A stretch of 64,000 nucleotides of DNA from Oceanospirillaceae bacterium. GTDB taxonomy: Bacteria > Pseudomonadota > Gammaproteobacteria > Pseudomonadales > Balneatricaceae. Positions 21,078 through 31,382 of this stretch are shown here, piece by piece (the stretch's first letter is position 1; each line of letters opens with the position of its first letter). The notes beneath the pieces are model-generated. The model saw nothing but the letters and a program-made list of their open reading frames with translations, was not told the origin of the DNA and did not search any database. Both the position numbers and the translations under genes were made by a program. The stretch is from NCBI GenBank assembly GCA_016845445.1, contig JAERSU010000257.1, forward strand, positions 2,873-66,872, given 5' to 3'.

Positions 21078-22197
21078 TCATGATTATTACATGGCTTTAG
21101 CGCTGGCTCAGGCACGCCTTGCCTGGGGCATTGCCAAACCTAATCCAGCGGTGGGCTGTGTGCTAGTGGCAGACGGCAAGGTCATTGCTTTAGGGCATAC
21201 TCAAGAAGCGGGTGGGCCTCACGCTGAGGTAATGGCCCTGCAAGCTGCTGGTGAGCGAGCCAAGGGTGCTACCGCCTATGTGACCTTAGAGCCTTGTGCC
21301 CATCAGGGTCGGACACCACCCTGCAGTCAGGGACTGATTAACGCTGGCGTAGCCAAGGTGGTGTATGGCTGTGAGGATCCCAACCCCCTAGTGGCAGGCC
21401 AAGGTCTGCAGCAATTGCGGGCTGCCGGTGTTGAGGTAGAAGGCCCTGTGCTGGCAAGCGAGTGCAGCAAGATTAACCCTGGATTTATGCATAAGATGGC
21501 TACCGGCAAGCCCTATGTATTTGCCAAGCTAGCTTGCAGCTTGGATGGCAGAACGGCCATGGCGTCGGGTGAAAGCCAGTGGATAACCAGCGCCGCTGCT
21601 CGGGCTCAGGTGCATTTGCTGCGCGCACAAAGCTGCGCCGTGATTACTGGCCTAGGCTCCATGCTGGAAGACAACCCAAGTATGAATGCTAGGGCCGCCG
21701 AACTAGTGCAGGCAGGCGTGCCAGAAGTTTCTGTGCAGCGCATTAAACAGCCCTTGCGGGTCATCATTGATAGCCCGCTTAATACACCTATAGAGGCCAA
21801 GTTGTTTGACCAGCCAGGCCCTGTGTTAATCGTTACCACTAATGCTGACCAAGCGGCCTATGCAGCTTATCGCAACAAGGGTGTTGAGGTGCAGTTGTTG
21901 GCCACTGAAACCCAGGGGCCCAAAGCTGGAAAGCTACACCTGCAGGCGGTGATCGACCTGTTGGCTGAACGTGGTTGCCAGCAGATTATGTTGGAATCGG
22001 GTGCGGGGTTGAATGCCAGCTTTATGCGCGATGGCTTGCTGCATAATCTGCAGGTATTTGTGGCGCCTAAGTTTTTGGGTAGCACTGGCTTGCCCTTGTT
22101 CAAGCAGGCCCATGAAAAACTGGCTGATGCCTGGCAGGGAAGGTTTGATAAAGTCACCCCAGTGGGGCCGGATTTATTGATTAGCGTTGATCTTTAA
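21070..22197 (+). CDS. ribD: Riboflavin biosynthesis deaminase/reductase
   Basis: [41 protein letters not shown]; GTG start overlapping nrdR end. Confidence 0.95.
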   Translation: MIDHDYYMALALAQARLAWGIAKPNPAVGCVLVADGKVIALGHTQEAGGPHAEVMALQAAGERAKGATAYVTLEPCAHQGRTPPCSQGLINAGVAKVVYGCEDPNPLVAGQGLQQLRAAGVEVEGPVLASECSKINPGFMHKMATGKPYVFAKLACSLDGRTAMASGESQWITSAAARAQVHLLRAQSCAVITGLGSMLEDNPSMNARAAELVQAGVPEVSVQRIKQPLRVIIDSPLNTPIEAKLFDQPGPVLIVTTNADQAAYAAYRNKGVEVQLLATETQGPKAGKLHLQAVIDLLAERGCQQIMLESGAGLNASFMRDGLLHNLQVFVAPKFLGSTGLPLFKQAHEKLADAWQGRFDKVTPVGPDLLISVDL

Positions 22198-22355
22198 TTA
22201 TGTTTGCGTCACTGCAAGGGGCGCAATGACGAGCTTGATTAATGTTTGTCGCTACCTAAATTAGCCGATTTCTGGCACAATATGCGGCCTAAATTGGTTG
22301 ATTAGGTTGTGTCGGCCTAGAAGTTACAAAAGTATGCCGCCGAAGAGGTTTAAGC

Positions 22356-23465
22356 ATGGAAATGAATACCACCGTTGAGCTGATCGAAGATCTGCGCCAA
22401 GGCAAAATGATTATCCTGATGGACGATGAAGATCGTGAAAATGAGGGTGATCTGGTTATGGTGGCCGAACAAGTGCGGCCTGAAGACATCAACTTCATGG
22501 CAAAAAATGCCCGCGGTTTGATCTGCCTGACTTTGAGCCGCGAGCACTGCGAAAAGCTGGAATTGCCGCTCATGTCCAAGAGTAACGGCACCGCTTATGA
22601 TACTAACTTCACCGTTTCTATTGAGGCTGCAGAAGGTGTTACCACCGGTATCTCTGCCGCCGACCGTGCCTATACCATTCGCACAGCCGTAGCGGCTAAT
22701 GTAAAGGCTGAGGATATTGTTCAGCCTGGCCATATCTTTCCACTAATGGCCCGTGAAGGTGGCGTTATGACCCGTGCAGGCCATACGGAAGCCGGTTGTG
22801 ATTTGGCGCGTTTAGCTGGCTTTACCCCAGCGGCTACCATTGTTGAGATTATGAATGATGACGGCACCATGGCCCGCCGTGACGACCTCATGACGTTTGC
22901 TAAAGAACATGATTTGAAGATTGGTACCATTGCCGACTTGATTCAATTCCGTAGCATTAATGAACGCACCATCGAAAAGGTGGAAGAGCAAAGCATTGAA
23001 TTTGAAGGCCAAGAGTTTGATCTACACATTTATCGTGACAACATTCTTGGTAATACCCATTTGGCCGTGACCCTAGGTGAGATCAGCGAAGACAGTTCTA
23101 CCCTAGTGCGTGTGCATATGCCTGATATGCTGCGCGATATTATTGGCGCTACCAATGGTCGTCCTAAGTGGTCGGCACAGTCTGTGTTAAAGCGTATTGC
23201 TGCTGAAGGCAATGGTGTGATGGTATTGCTAGGTCGCAGTGAAACCCGCGTAGGCCCAAGTATTGAGGACTTTTTCCGTCCTGATCAAGCCAAGCGCCCA
23301 CCCCATACAACGGGTTCTGGTGCCTTTTTGAATGTCGGTACTGGTGCGCAAATCTTGCGTGACCTCGGCGTGCATAAGATGCGCCTGATGAGCACGGAAA
23401 TGAAGTATAATGCGATCTCTGGATTTGACCTAGAAATCGAAGAATATATTACCTGCGATGCCTAA
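22356..23465 (+). CDS. ribB: DHBP synthase fused to degenerate GTP cyclohydrolase II-like domain (RibBX type)
   Basis: DDEDRENEGD, GHTEA in N-domain; C-domain LVRVHMPD lacks the SEC..CDC Zn ligands. Confidence 0.9.
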   Translation: MEMNTTVELIEDLRQGKMIILMDDEDRENEGDLVMVAEQVRPEDINFMAKNARGLICLTLSREHCEKLELPLMSKSNGTAYDTNFTVSIEAAEGVTTGISAADRAYTIRTAVAANVKAEDIVQPGHIFPLMAREGGVMTRAGHTEAGCDLARLAGFTPAATIVEIMNDDGTMARRDDLMTFAKEHDLKIGTIADLIQFRSINERTIEKVEEQSIEFEGQEFDLHIYRDNILGNTHLAVTLGEISEDSSTLVRVHMPDMLRDIIGATNGRPKWSAQSVLKRIAAEGNGVMVLLGRSETRVGPSIEDFFRPDQAKRPPHTTGSGAFLNVGTGAQILRDLGVHKMRLMSTEMKYNAISGFDLEIEEYITCDA

Positions 23466-23494
23466 TGGCTATAAAGGAAAAGGGAGAATAGAAA

Positions 23495-23968
23495 ATGTCT
23501 GTTACCAATATTGAAGGCCGTTTTAATGATGCCAATGGCCACTACACCCTGGTCGTAGGTCGCTTTAATGCCTTCGTTGTAGAAAGCTTGGTGGAAGGTG
23601 CCATTGACTGCTTGGTGCGCCATGGAGTAGATGCGCAAAATATTCGTGTAGTGCGTGTACCTGGGGCCTTTGAGATTCCATTAGCGGTGCAGAAGATTGC
23701 CCAGCAAGGCAAAGACGATGCCATCATCGCTTTAGGGGCAGTTATCCGTGGTGGTACACCACACTTTGAATATGTGTCTGGCGAAGCTTCTTCGGGCATC
23801 GGCAAGGTGTCTTTGGATTCTGGTATTCCAGTGACCAATGGCGTGTTGACGGTTAATTCCATTGAACAGGCCATCGAGCGTAGTGGTACCAAAGCCGGAA
23901 ACAAGGGCGAAGAAGCCGCTATTTCTGCTCTGGAAATGGTTAGTCTACTGCGTCAACTAGAGGCTTAA
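23495..23968 (+). CDS. ribH: 6,7-dimethyl-8-ribityllumazine synthase
   Basis: [28 protein letters not shown]. Confidence 0.97.
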   Translation: MSVTNIEGRFNDANGHYTLVVGRFNAFVVESLVEGAIDCLVRHGVDAQNIRVVRVPGAFEIPLAVQKIAQQGKDDAIIALGAVIRGGTPHFEYVSGEASSGIGKVSLDSGIPVTNGVLTVNSIEQAIERSGTKAGNKGEEAAISALEMVSLLRQLEA

Positions 23969-23971
23969 TTT

Positions 23972-24418
23972 GTGAGCGAGAAGAAACGCCCTGACCGTCG
24001 CCGTGCCGCCCGTGGATTAGCATTGCAAGCCCTGTATCAGCTGCATATGAACGACGATAGCGCTACGGATGTGGAAGCCCAGTTCCTAGCAGAACAAGAT
24101 TTTAAAAACGCCGATAAGCGTCTATTTAGTGCCTTATTGCGTGGTGTAGCCAAACAGGTGGATGCCCTAGATGACATGGTGGCAGTTCACCTGGACCGTG
24201 ACCTTGGCGAGCTGGACCCCATTGAGCGCACCATTTTGCGTATGGGTGCCTTTGAGCTTAGCGATTCGGTGGCTGTGCCTTACCGTGTGGTGATCAACGA
24301 GTGTGTTGAGCTCGGTAAGGTGTTCGGTGCTACCGATGGTCATAAATACGTGAACGGTATTCTCGACAAGCTGGCTGCTCAGCATCGCGAGATTGAAGTC
24401 ACAGCCCACAAGTCCTAA
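23972..24418 (+). CDS. nusB: Transcription antitermination factor NusB
   Basis: RRRAARGLALQALYQ, PYRVVINE, HKYVNGILD. Confidence 0.96.
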   Translation: MSEKKRPDRRRAARGLALQALYQLHMNDDSATDVEAQFLAEQDFKNADKRLFSALLRGVAKQVDALDDMVAVHLDRDLGELDPIERTILRMGAFELSDSVAVPYRVVINECVELGKVFGATDGHKYVNGILDKLAAQHREIEVTAHKS

Positions 24419-24420
24419 GC

Positions 24421-25380
24421 ATGTCCTCAACAGGTGAATTTGACCTGATTCGACGTTATTTCCAACGTCCGCAATTACAATCTGCAGTCCCTATGGCCCT
24501 CGGGCCCGGGGACGATTGTGCCCTGCTTGAAGTGCCACCAAATCAACAACTGGCCGTGAGTGCGGATAGTTTGGTGGCGGGCATCCATTTTTTACCGCAC
24601 ATGCCAGCAAAACACATTGCTCAGCGTTGCCTAGCAGCAAATTTAAGTGATTTGGCTGCCATGGGTGCTAAGCCTGCTTGGTTTACCTTGTGCCTCACCA
24701 TGCCGGAGCGAGATGATGAGTTTTTGCAGGGCTTTAGTGATGGCCTTGTGGATATGGCGCAGCGCTATGGCATTGCCTTGGCCGGCGGTGATACTACCCG
24801 TGGGCCGTTAGTCATCAGTATTCAGGTGATGGGCTGGGTGCCTGCCGGCCAAGCCTTGTTGCGTAAGGGGGCTCAAGTTGGCGACGGTATCTATGTATCT
24901 GGCACCTTGGGCGACGCCGCGGCCGGGCTAATGAACCTTCAGGATGATATCCTCGCGCAAGACTATTTGGCGCAGCGCTTTTTTAATCCGACGCCACGCT
25001 TACAGCTGGGCCAATGGCTGCAAGGCAAGGCCACTGCTGCCCTAGACGTGTCCGATGGTTTGTTGCAGGACTTGGGGCATATCTTAAGCCAATCCCAGGT
25101 GGGCGCCAGTGTGGAACTAGACAAGATGCCCATTTCGCAGCCCCTGCAAGACAAATTACCACCTGCTAAGCAACGTGATCTAGCCCTCACGGGGGGCGAA
25201 GATTTTGAACTATGTTTCACCCTGCCTGATGCGCATGCCGCGCCATTATCAAGTCTAGGGGCTAGCCTAGGACATCAGCTAACTCGTATTGGCACCATCG
25301 AAACCGAGCTTGGTTTGCGCTTAACGCATGCCGGCCAGGCTGTTAATCTGCCAACTAGCCTTGGCTGGCAACACTTTTAA
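24421..25380 (+). CDS. thiL: Thiamine-monophosphate kinase
   Basis: GEFDLIRRYF, GDDCA, NLSDLAAMGA, GGDT, DVSDGL, GGEDFEL. Confidence 0.96.
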   Translation: MSSTGEFDLIRRYFQRPQLQSAVPMALGPGDDCALLEVPPNQQLAVSADSLVAGIHFLPHMPAKHIAQRCLAANLSDLAAMGAKPAWFTLCLTMPERDDEFLQGFSDGLVDMAQRYGIALAGGDTTRGPLVISIQVMGWVPAGQALLRKGAQVGDGIYVSGTLGDAAAGLMNLQDDILAQDYLAQRFFNPTPRLQLGQWLQGKATAALDVSDGLLQDLGHILSQSQVGASVELDKMPISQPLQDKLPPAKQRDLALTGGEDFELCFTLPDAHAAPLSSLGASLGHQLTRIGTIETELGLRLTHAGQAVNLPTSLGWQHF

Positions 25381-25394
25381 TGAAAGGAACGCTT

Positions 25395-25865
25395 ATGTCT
25401 GCAACACCCAATTGGCGCGATCCGGTGCATGTATTAGCCTTTGGCTTTGGTAGTGGGGCCGCACCTAAAGCGCCAGGCACCTTTGGTACACTTATGGCTT
25501 GCTTGCTTTATATCCCTTTGGCGCAGCTATCCCTTGAATACTATGTGGCAGTTATTCTGGTGAGCGCTTTGCTGGGTATTTACCTGTGCGGCAAAACCTC
25601 ACAAGACATGGGCGTGCATGATCATGGTGGCATTGTTTGGGATGAGTTTGTCGGCATGTGGATTACCATGCTAATGGCACCTGCCGGCTGGCTCTGGTTG
25701 GCGATTGGCTTTGTCTTGTTCCGTTTTTTCGACATTATTAAACCCTGGCCTATTCGCTGGCTGGATAAACATGTGCATGGCGGCTTGGGGATCATGCTAG
25801 ACGACATAGTCGCTGGCTTTATGGCATTGATTTGTTTGCAGTTATTGGCTGCGTGGCTGCTTTAA
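25395..25865 (+). CDS. pgpA: Phosphatidylglycerophosphatase A
   Basis: APGTFGT, HDHGGIVWDE, FRFFDIIKPWPI, GIMLDD. Confidence 0.95.
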   Translation: MSATPNWRDPVHVLAFGFGSGAAPKAPGTFGTLMACLLYIPLAQLSLEYYVAVILVSALLGIYLCGKTSQDMGVHDHGGIVWDEFVGMWITMLMAPAGWLWLAIGFVLFRFFDIIKPWPIRWLDKHVHGGLGIMLDDIVAGFMALICLQLLAAWLL

Positions 25866-26368
25866 ACCAATAGAATCTTGGAGCGGGTGACGGCTAAACG
25901 AGCGCCATTGAGGGCAAATAAAGAGAACAGTACCAAGCTCCAACCAGGTATGCTTAGGCCTAAGAAGCTCCACTGCACTTCGGCACAGGAGCCTGAACCT
26001 TTTATCATGGCGACGATGACCTCAGTGAAGGGGAAAGCGTCGACCATATAGCTGAAACTTGGGCCGCAGGCGGGCACCAGGTCTGCCGGTAGCGATTGCA
26101 GATAAAGCTGACGTGTGGCTAAGCCGATACCAACGAGAGCGAGCACGGAAATAACCGCGGCATAACGTCGGTGGCCACCAAAGATTGGATTATGCATGGC
26201 TCCCAAAAGGGAGACAAAAGCAATGCCGACATAGACAAAGCGCTGGCTCATGCACAGCATGCAAGGATCCATACCCATAGCAAATTCCATATACAAGGCG
26301 ACCGCCAAAATAATTGCACAAAGCATTAGGCTGGCAATAAAGTCGAGTCTGAATCCTGCGTGTTTCAT
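25862..26368 (-). CDS. dsbB: Disulfide bond formation protein B
   Basis: PCMLCMSQR, PACGP..GSCAEVQWSFLGLSIPGW. Confidence 0.93.
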   Translation of the reverse strand: MKHAGFRLDFIASLMLCAIILAVALYMEFAMGMDPCMLCMSQRFVYVGIAFVSLLGAMHNPIFGGHRRYAAVISVLALVGIGLATRQLYLQSLPADLVPACGPSFSYMVDAFPFTEVIVAMIKGSGSCAEVQWSFLGLSIPGWSLVLFSLFALNGARLAVTRSKILLV

Positions 26369-26539
26369 GGGCTAGGGGCGATTGGTTGTTGTGGATGAAC
26401 CACTATTATTATAGCTGTTTTATATCTTGCTGAGCAAAAACACCCAACTATACTGGAAAAATGCAAATATAGAAAGAACCCACCCCAAGGATCGCCGTCG
26501 TCCTTGAGGTGCATCAGGTCTTCTCAGAGAGGGGAGAGC

Positions 26540-26899
<360 letters not shown>

Positions 26900-26974
26900 C
26901 TATTTTTCAGAATTGTAACACAGGCATCCCTATTCACACCTGCAATTGAGCAACTTCCGTGGAGTATTTCCTAA

Positions 26975-26991
26975 TGCAGAGATTGTGCCAA
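26975..26991 (-). promoter_or_regulatory. Sigma-54 -24/-12 promoter of glnK
   Basis: TTGGCAC-AATCT-CTGCA on the minus strand. Confidence 0.8.
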
Positions 26992-27040
26992 TAATAGGCA
27001 TGCAAAAATGGCCTTTTAGATACCAAAGTGTGGTTATTAC

Positions 27041-27086
27041 GCCCCATTTTGGTGCTGCAAACAGTTGCTTAGCACCTAAATGGGGC
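27041..27086. promoter_or_regulatory. Tandem NtrC enhancer sites
   Basis: GCCCCATTTTGGTGC (27041-27055) and GCACCTAAATGGGGC (27072-27086) match GCAC-N7-GTGC with one mismatch each, 31 bp apart. Confidence 0.8.
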
Positions 27087-27093
27087 AATAGGC

Positions 27094-28197
27094 TTAGGTT
27101 CTGATTCGCTTTCCTGTGTGAGGGTCAAACAATACCGCTTTGCTAGTGTCGATTTGCACCAGTAACTGATTAGATTGTGCAGCCTTAGCGCCTGCTTCAG
27201 GTGAAAGCCTTGCTTGAACCTCTTGGTTGTTCCAAGTGCCAAAAGCCAGTGTGTCAGGGCCGGTTGGTTCAGTAACATCTATGGTAAAGGGTATTTCTGT
27301 AATGTACCCAGAATTGCCATGAGGCTTGGGTTCAGTGATCATTTCTGGGCGTATTCCCAGAATCACAGTATCAATGCCCGCTTTTATTAGCGCCTGCCCA
27401 TCAGGGACGTTTAATTGAACGCTTTTGCCGTCACTTTCGATAATTAATTTGTCGTCTATAACCACGCATTCAACAAAGTTCATTGCCGGAGAACCCATAA
27501 AATCAGCTACAAAACGATTGGCAGGATCATTGTAGATTTCATAGGGTGTACCAAACTGTTGTACATAACCGTCTTTCATCACTGCAATTCGATCTGCCAA
27601 GGTCATGGCCTCAACTTGGTCATGGGTTACATAAACAATGGTGGTATTTAGACGTTTATGTAGTTTCTTAATTTCTGTGCGCATTTCCACACGCAGTTTG
27701 GCGTCTAGATTTGATAATGGCTCGTCAAATAGAAACACCCGCGGTGAGCGGGCTAGGGCACGCCCCATGGCAACGCGTTGACGCTGTCCACCTGACAATT
27801 GGCTGGGCTTACGTTGTAACAAATGTTCAATCTGCAAGAGTTTCGCCACTTCTTGAATAGTGTGCTCTATGCTGTCTTTAGGGTATTTACGCATTTCTAA
27901 ACCAAAGCTAATGTTCTTAGCTACGGTCATAGTTGGGTATAAGGCGTAGGACTGGAATACCATCGCGATATCCCGATCTTTAGGATTGAGATCGGTGACA
28001 TTGTCTTCGTCAATAATAAGGTTGCCGCTAGTAACCTCTTCTAACCCGGCAATGCAGTTCATAAGGGTGGATTTACCACAGCCGGATGGTCCCACCAAAA
28101 TAAGAAATTCACCATCATTGATGGCTAGATTGATACCTTTAAGTACTTCTGTGTCAGCATAAGACTTAACAAGGTTTTGAATGTTTATAGCACCCAT
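27094..28197 (-). CDS. Sugar ABC transporter ATP-binding protein (GltK/GtsD-like)
   Basis: [41 protein letters not shown] domain. Confidence 0.93.
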   Translation of the reverse strand: MGAINIQNLVKSYADTEVLKGINLAINDGEFLILVGPSGCGKSTLMNCIAGLEEVTSGNLIIDEDNVTDLNPKDRDIAMVFQSYALYPTMTVAKNISFGLEMRKYPKDSIEHTIQEVAKLLQIEHLLQRKPSQLSGGQRQRVAMGRALARSPRVFLFDEPLSNLDAKLRVEMRTEIKKLHKRLNTTIVYVTHDQVEAMTLADRIAVMKDGYVQQFGTPYEIYNDPANRFVADFMGSPAMNFVECVVIDDKLIIESDGKSVQLNVPDGQALIKAGIDTVILGIRPEMITEPKPHGNSGYITEIPFTIDVTEPTGPDTLAFGTWNNQEVQARLSPEAGAKAAQSNQLLVQIDTSKAVLFDPHTGKRIRT

Positions 28198-28229
28198 AAT
28201 ATGTGTCTCTTTGTGTTCGTTTAACTTGC

Positions 28230-29090
28230 TTAGCCCTTTACGGCCCCGGCGGTGAGGCCGCGGACAAAATATTTGCCGGCGACGATGTATACCACTAGGG
28301 TCGGTAGAGCAGCGATAATGGCGGCTGCCATATCAACGTTGTATTGTTTGCCGCCAATACTGGTATTAACTAGGTTATTGAGAGCGACGGTAATAGGTTG
28401 TGTGCCAGGTCCTGAGTAGACCACACCAAATAAGAAGTCATTCCAAATTTGGGTGAATTGCCAGATCACGGTAACCACAAATATGGGGGTCGACATTGGC
28501 AAAAAAATACGCCAGAAAATAGTGAAAAAACCAGCTCCATCAAGCCGTGCAGCACGGACTAGTTCGCTGGGGATAGCGATATAGTAGTTGCGAAAAAACA
28601 GCGTGGTGAAGGTGATGCCATAGACCACATGTACGGCCACTAGGCCGGTAACTGTGTTGGCTAAGCCTAATACAGCTAACAGTTTAGCCATGGGTAATAA
28701 GATGACCTGAAAGGGTATAAAACAACCAAATAGTAGGGCACCAAAAAGAAAGTTGCTGCCTTTAAACTGCCACTGAGCTAGTACGTAACCGTTACATGCA
28801 CCAATGACGGTGGACATGAGCACCGCTGGAATGACGATGCGCATGGAATTCCAAAAATAGGGTGCTAAGCCTTGGCAATCACTGCCAGTACAAGCACTGC
28901 TCCAGGCTTTTGCCCAAGCGCTAAAGTTAAAGCTTTCTGGTAGGGCGATCAAATTGCCAGAACGAATTTCTTCCACATCTTTGAGGGATGTAATCAGCAT
29001 GACGTACAGAGGGGCCAAGTAGAGTAAGGCAAAGCCAATAAGGATGCTGTAGATAAAGCTTCGACCGAGTTGATATTGCAAATTGTTCAC
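28230..29090 (-). CDS. Sugar ABC transporter permease (GtsC-like)
   Basis: EAA-type motif [25 protein letters not shown]. Confidence 0.93.
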   Translation of the reverse strand: MNNLQYQLGRSFIYSILIGFALLYLAPLYVMLITSLKDVEEIRSGNLIALPESFNFSAWAKAWSSACTGSDCQGLAPYFWNSMRIVIPAVLMSTVIGACNGYVLAQWQFKGSNFLFGALLFGCFIPFQVILLPMAKLLAVLGLANTVTGLVAVHVVYGITFTTLFFRNYYIAIPSELVRAARLDGAGFFTIFWRIFLPMSTPIFVVTVIWQFTQIWNDFLFGVVYSGPGTQPITVALNNLVNTSIGGKQYNVDMAAAIIAALPTLVVYIVAGKYFVRGLTAGAVKG

Positions 29091-29959
29091 GATTTTTTGC
29101 TCCTCAATTCGGAATACAGATAGGGCACAAGAATGGCTAGTACGCCGCCTAACATAACCATGGCGCTGGCAGCGCCTAAGCCCATCTGCGCGCGGCTAAA
29201 GGCAAAGGTGTACATGAAGTTGGCGGGTAAATCAGACGCGTATCCAGGCCCACCGCCAGTCAAGGCTTGTACAAGATCAAAGCTCTTAATTGCAATGTGC
29301 GCAAGCACCACGACAGCGCCAAAAAACACGGGTTTCATAAGGGGTAGGATGATATGCCAGTATGTTTGTATCACCGAGGCACCGTCTACCTGCGCAGCCT
29401 TGACTAAATTATCGTCAACACCACGTAAGCCTGCTAAAAACATGGCCATGACAAAACCACTGGATTGCCAGACAGCGGCAATCACTATGGTGTAAATGGC
29501 CATGTCTTGGTCTACTAACCAGCGGAATTCAAAGTTGCTAAAGCCAAGATCGTGAGCTAATTTTTCTAGACCTAAGCCTGGATTTAAGATCCATTTCCAA
29601 GCCGTACCTGTCACCACAAAAGAGATGGCCATCGGGTAAAGGTATATAGTGCGAATAACGCCTTCACCTCGTACCTTACGGTCGAGAAATATGGCCAACA
29701 ATAGGCCTAACACTAGGGATATAAAAATAAATAATAGGGTAAAAATGAGTAGATTATCTAAAGCCACCATCCAACGTGGATTACTAAATAATTTCTCATA
29801 TTGAGTGAGGCCCACAAATTCCCACTGCGGTAACATACGGCTTTTGGTAAAGGAAAGTCCTGCGGTCCAACCAATAAAGCCGTACATGCACACCAGCATA
29901 ACAATGGCTGTGGGTGCCAGTACCACTTTAGGTAGATGGGTTGCTAAATATTTAAACAT
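29087..29959 (-). CDS. Sugar ABC transporter permease (GtsB-like)
   Basis: IRTIYLYPMAISF, LVKAAQVDGA, IKSFDLV. Confidence 0.93.
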   Translation of the reverse strand: MFKYLATHLPKVVLAPTAIVMLVCMYGFIGWTAGLSFTKSRMLPQWEFVGLTQYEKLFSNPRWMVALDNLLIFTLLFIFISLVLGLLLAIFLDRKVRGEGVIRTIYLYPMAISFVVTGTAWKWILNPGLGLEKLAHDLGFSNFEFRWLVDQDMAIYTIVIAAVWQSSGFVMAMFLAGLRGVDDNLVKAAQVDGASVIQTYWHIILPLMKPVFFGAVVVLAHIAIKSFDLVQALTGGGPGYASDLPANFMYTFAFSRAQMGLGAASAMVMLGGVLAILVPYLYSELRSKKS

Positions 29960-29976
29960 GATTTTGCCTTTGGCAT

Positions 29977-30007
29977 AAAAGAAGCCATGACCAGAAGGTC
30001 ATGGCTT
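29977..30007 (-). terminator. Intra-operon hairpin after the substrate-binding protein gene
   Basis: AAGCCATGACC-N4-GGTCATGGCTT followed by CTTTT on the minus strand. Confidence 0.7.
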
Positions 30008-30016
30008 TAGGGCCGC

Positions 30017-31264
30017 TTACTGTGCTGCAGCGATGGCGGCGACTAGCTGTTTGGCGCCTTGTTCGGCACTATCGGAGGAGTTAAAGAAGTTGGTTGCAGT
30101 GTCATAGATGGCACCAGCAACGGCTTCAGACACAGCCATGCCATGGGCAAAACTAGGTACCAAACCACCGGTCTGGGAGCTGGCAATAAAGGCGTCCATG
30201 GAATCGTGGGCGCAGGAATCAAATTCCGCCCGATCCATGCTTAAGCGAGCCGGAATAGAACCTTTATTTAGGTTAAATACTTCCTGGAATTCAGTGCTCA
30301 AGATAGCATCGGCCATCACGCCCTGAGCCGCGCTCTTGGCATCGTCAGACTGAGTAAAGAAAGCAAAGGAATCGACATTGAAAGTAAAGCTGCCAGATGT
30401 ACCGGGTGCGGCCACACAGACATAGTCAGTGCCTACATTCTTGCCAGCTACCTTAAATTCACCTTTAGCCCAGTCTCCCATAATTTGCATGCCGGCTTCG
30501 CCATTAATGACCATGGAGGTGGCGACGTTCCAGTCACGACCTGGAGAGTTAGCATCAATGTACTGGCGCAGCTTACCAAAGGTTTCAAATACCTCAACGG
30601 TGGTGTCGCTGTTGAGCGCCGCCATGTCACCTTCTACAAAGGCTTTTTGATAGTAGTCTGCACCACCCACACCCAATACTACGGCTTCAAAGACGGTGGC
30701 ATCCTGCCATGCCTGGCCACCATGGGCCAAGGCAACAAAGCCAGCGTCTTTTAGTTTCTGAGCTTGCAGCATAAAATCATCCCAAGTAGTAGGGATGGTT
30801 GCACCGGCTTTTTGGAACACGGCAGGGTTCGCCCATAACCAGTTAACGCGATGTACATTGACGGGTGCGGCAACGTATTCACCGTTGTATTTCATGACAT
30901 CGGAAACAACGCTTGGTAGTAAATTGTCCCAGTCTGCGGCATTAGCAACATCATCAATGCTGGCTAAGAAACCAAGTTCGCCCCATTCTTGAATGGATGG
31001 ACCTTTGATTTGTGCAGCTGTGGGTGGGTTGCCAGAAATCGCGCGGGACTTTAATACGGTCATGGCGCTTTCGCCACCACCGCCGGCTACGGCAAAGTCA
31101 GTCCAACCAACATTCTTGCCTTCCAGTTGCTGCTTCAAGAATTGAACGCTTGCTGCTTCGCCACCACTGGTCCACCAGTGAAGAACTTCTACATCAGCAG
31201 CCTGAGACACTGGTGTCATTGCTAGTGTCGTTGCAGCGGCTAATGCGTGTAATTTAAATTTCAT
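30017..31264 (-). CDS. Glucose/mannose-type sugar-binding protein (GtsA/GltB-like)
   Basis: Signal peptide; VEVLHWWTSGGE, PVNVHRVNW, MQIMGDWAKGEF, FNLNKGSIP. Confidence 0.9.
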   Translation of the reverse strand: MKFKLHALAAATTLAMTPVSQAADVEVLHWWTSGGEAASVQFLKQQLEGKNVGWTDFAVAGGGGESAMTVLKSRAISGNPPTAAQIKGPSIQEWGELGFLASIDDVANAADWDNLLPSVVSDVMKYNGEYVAAPVNVHRVNWLWANPAVFQKAGATIPTTWDDFMLQAQKLKDAGFVALAHGGQAWQDATVFEAVVLGVGGADYYQKAFVEGDMAALNSDTTVEVFETFGKLRQYIDANSPGRDWNVATSMVINGEAGMQIMGDWAKGEFKVAGKNVGTDYVCVAAPGTSGSFTFNVDSFAFFTQSDDAKSAAQGVMADAILSTEFQEVFNLNKGSIPARLSMDRAEFDSCAHDSMDAFIASSQTGGLVPSFAHGMAVSEAVAGAIYDTATNFFNSSDSAEQGAKQLVAAIAAAQ

Positions 31265-31338
31265 GGGTTTCGCCCTCGTTGTTATTAAATGGCCGAATAA
31301 CTTGATGTAAATATTCGGTAAGGGGCAGTGTAGAAATT

Positions 31339-31382
31339 ATAACGTGGCATAACGTCGCCAACTGTTACAAAGTGTTACAAAG
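31339..31382. promoter_or_regulatory. Phased direct repeats, probable response regulator (GltR-like) site
   Basis: TGTTACAAAG twice (31363-31382) and ATAACGT twice (31339, 31349), both 10-bp period, upstream of the binding-protein gene. Confidence 0.6.
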
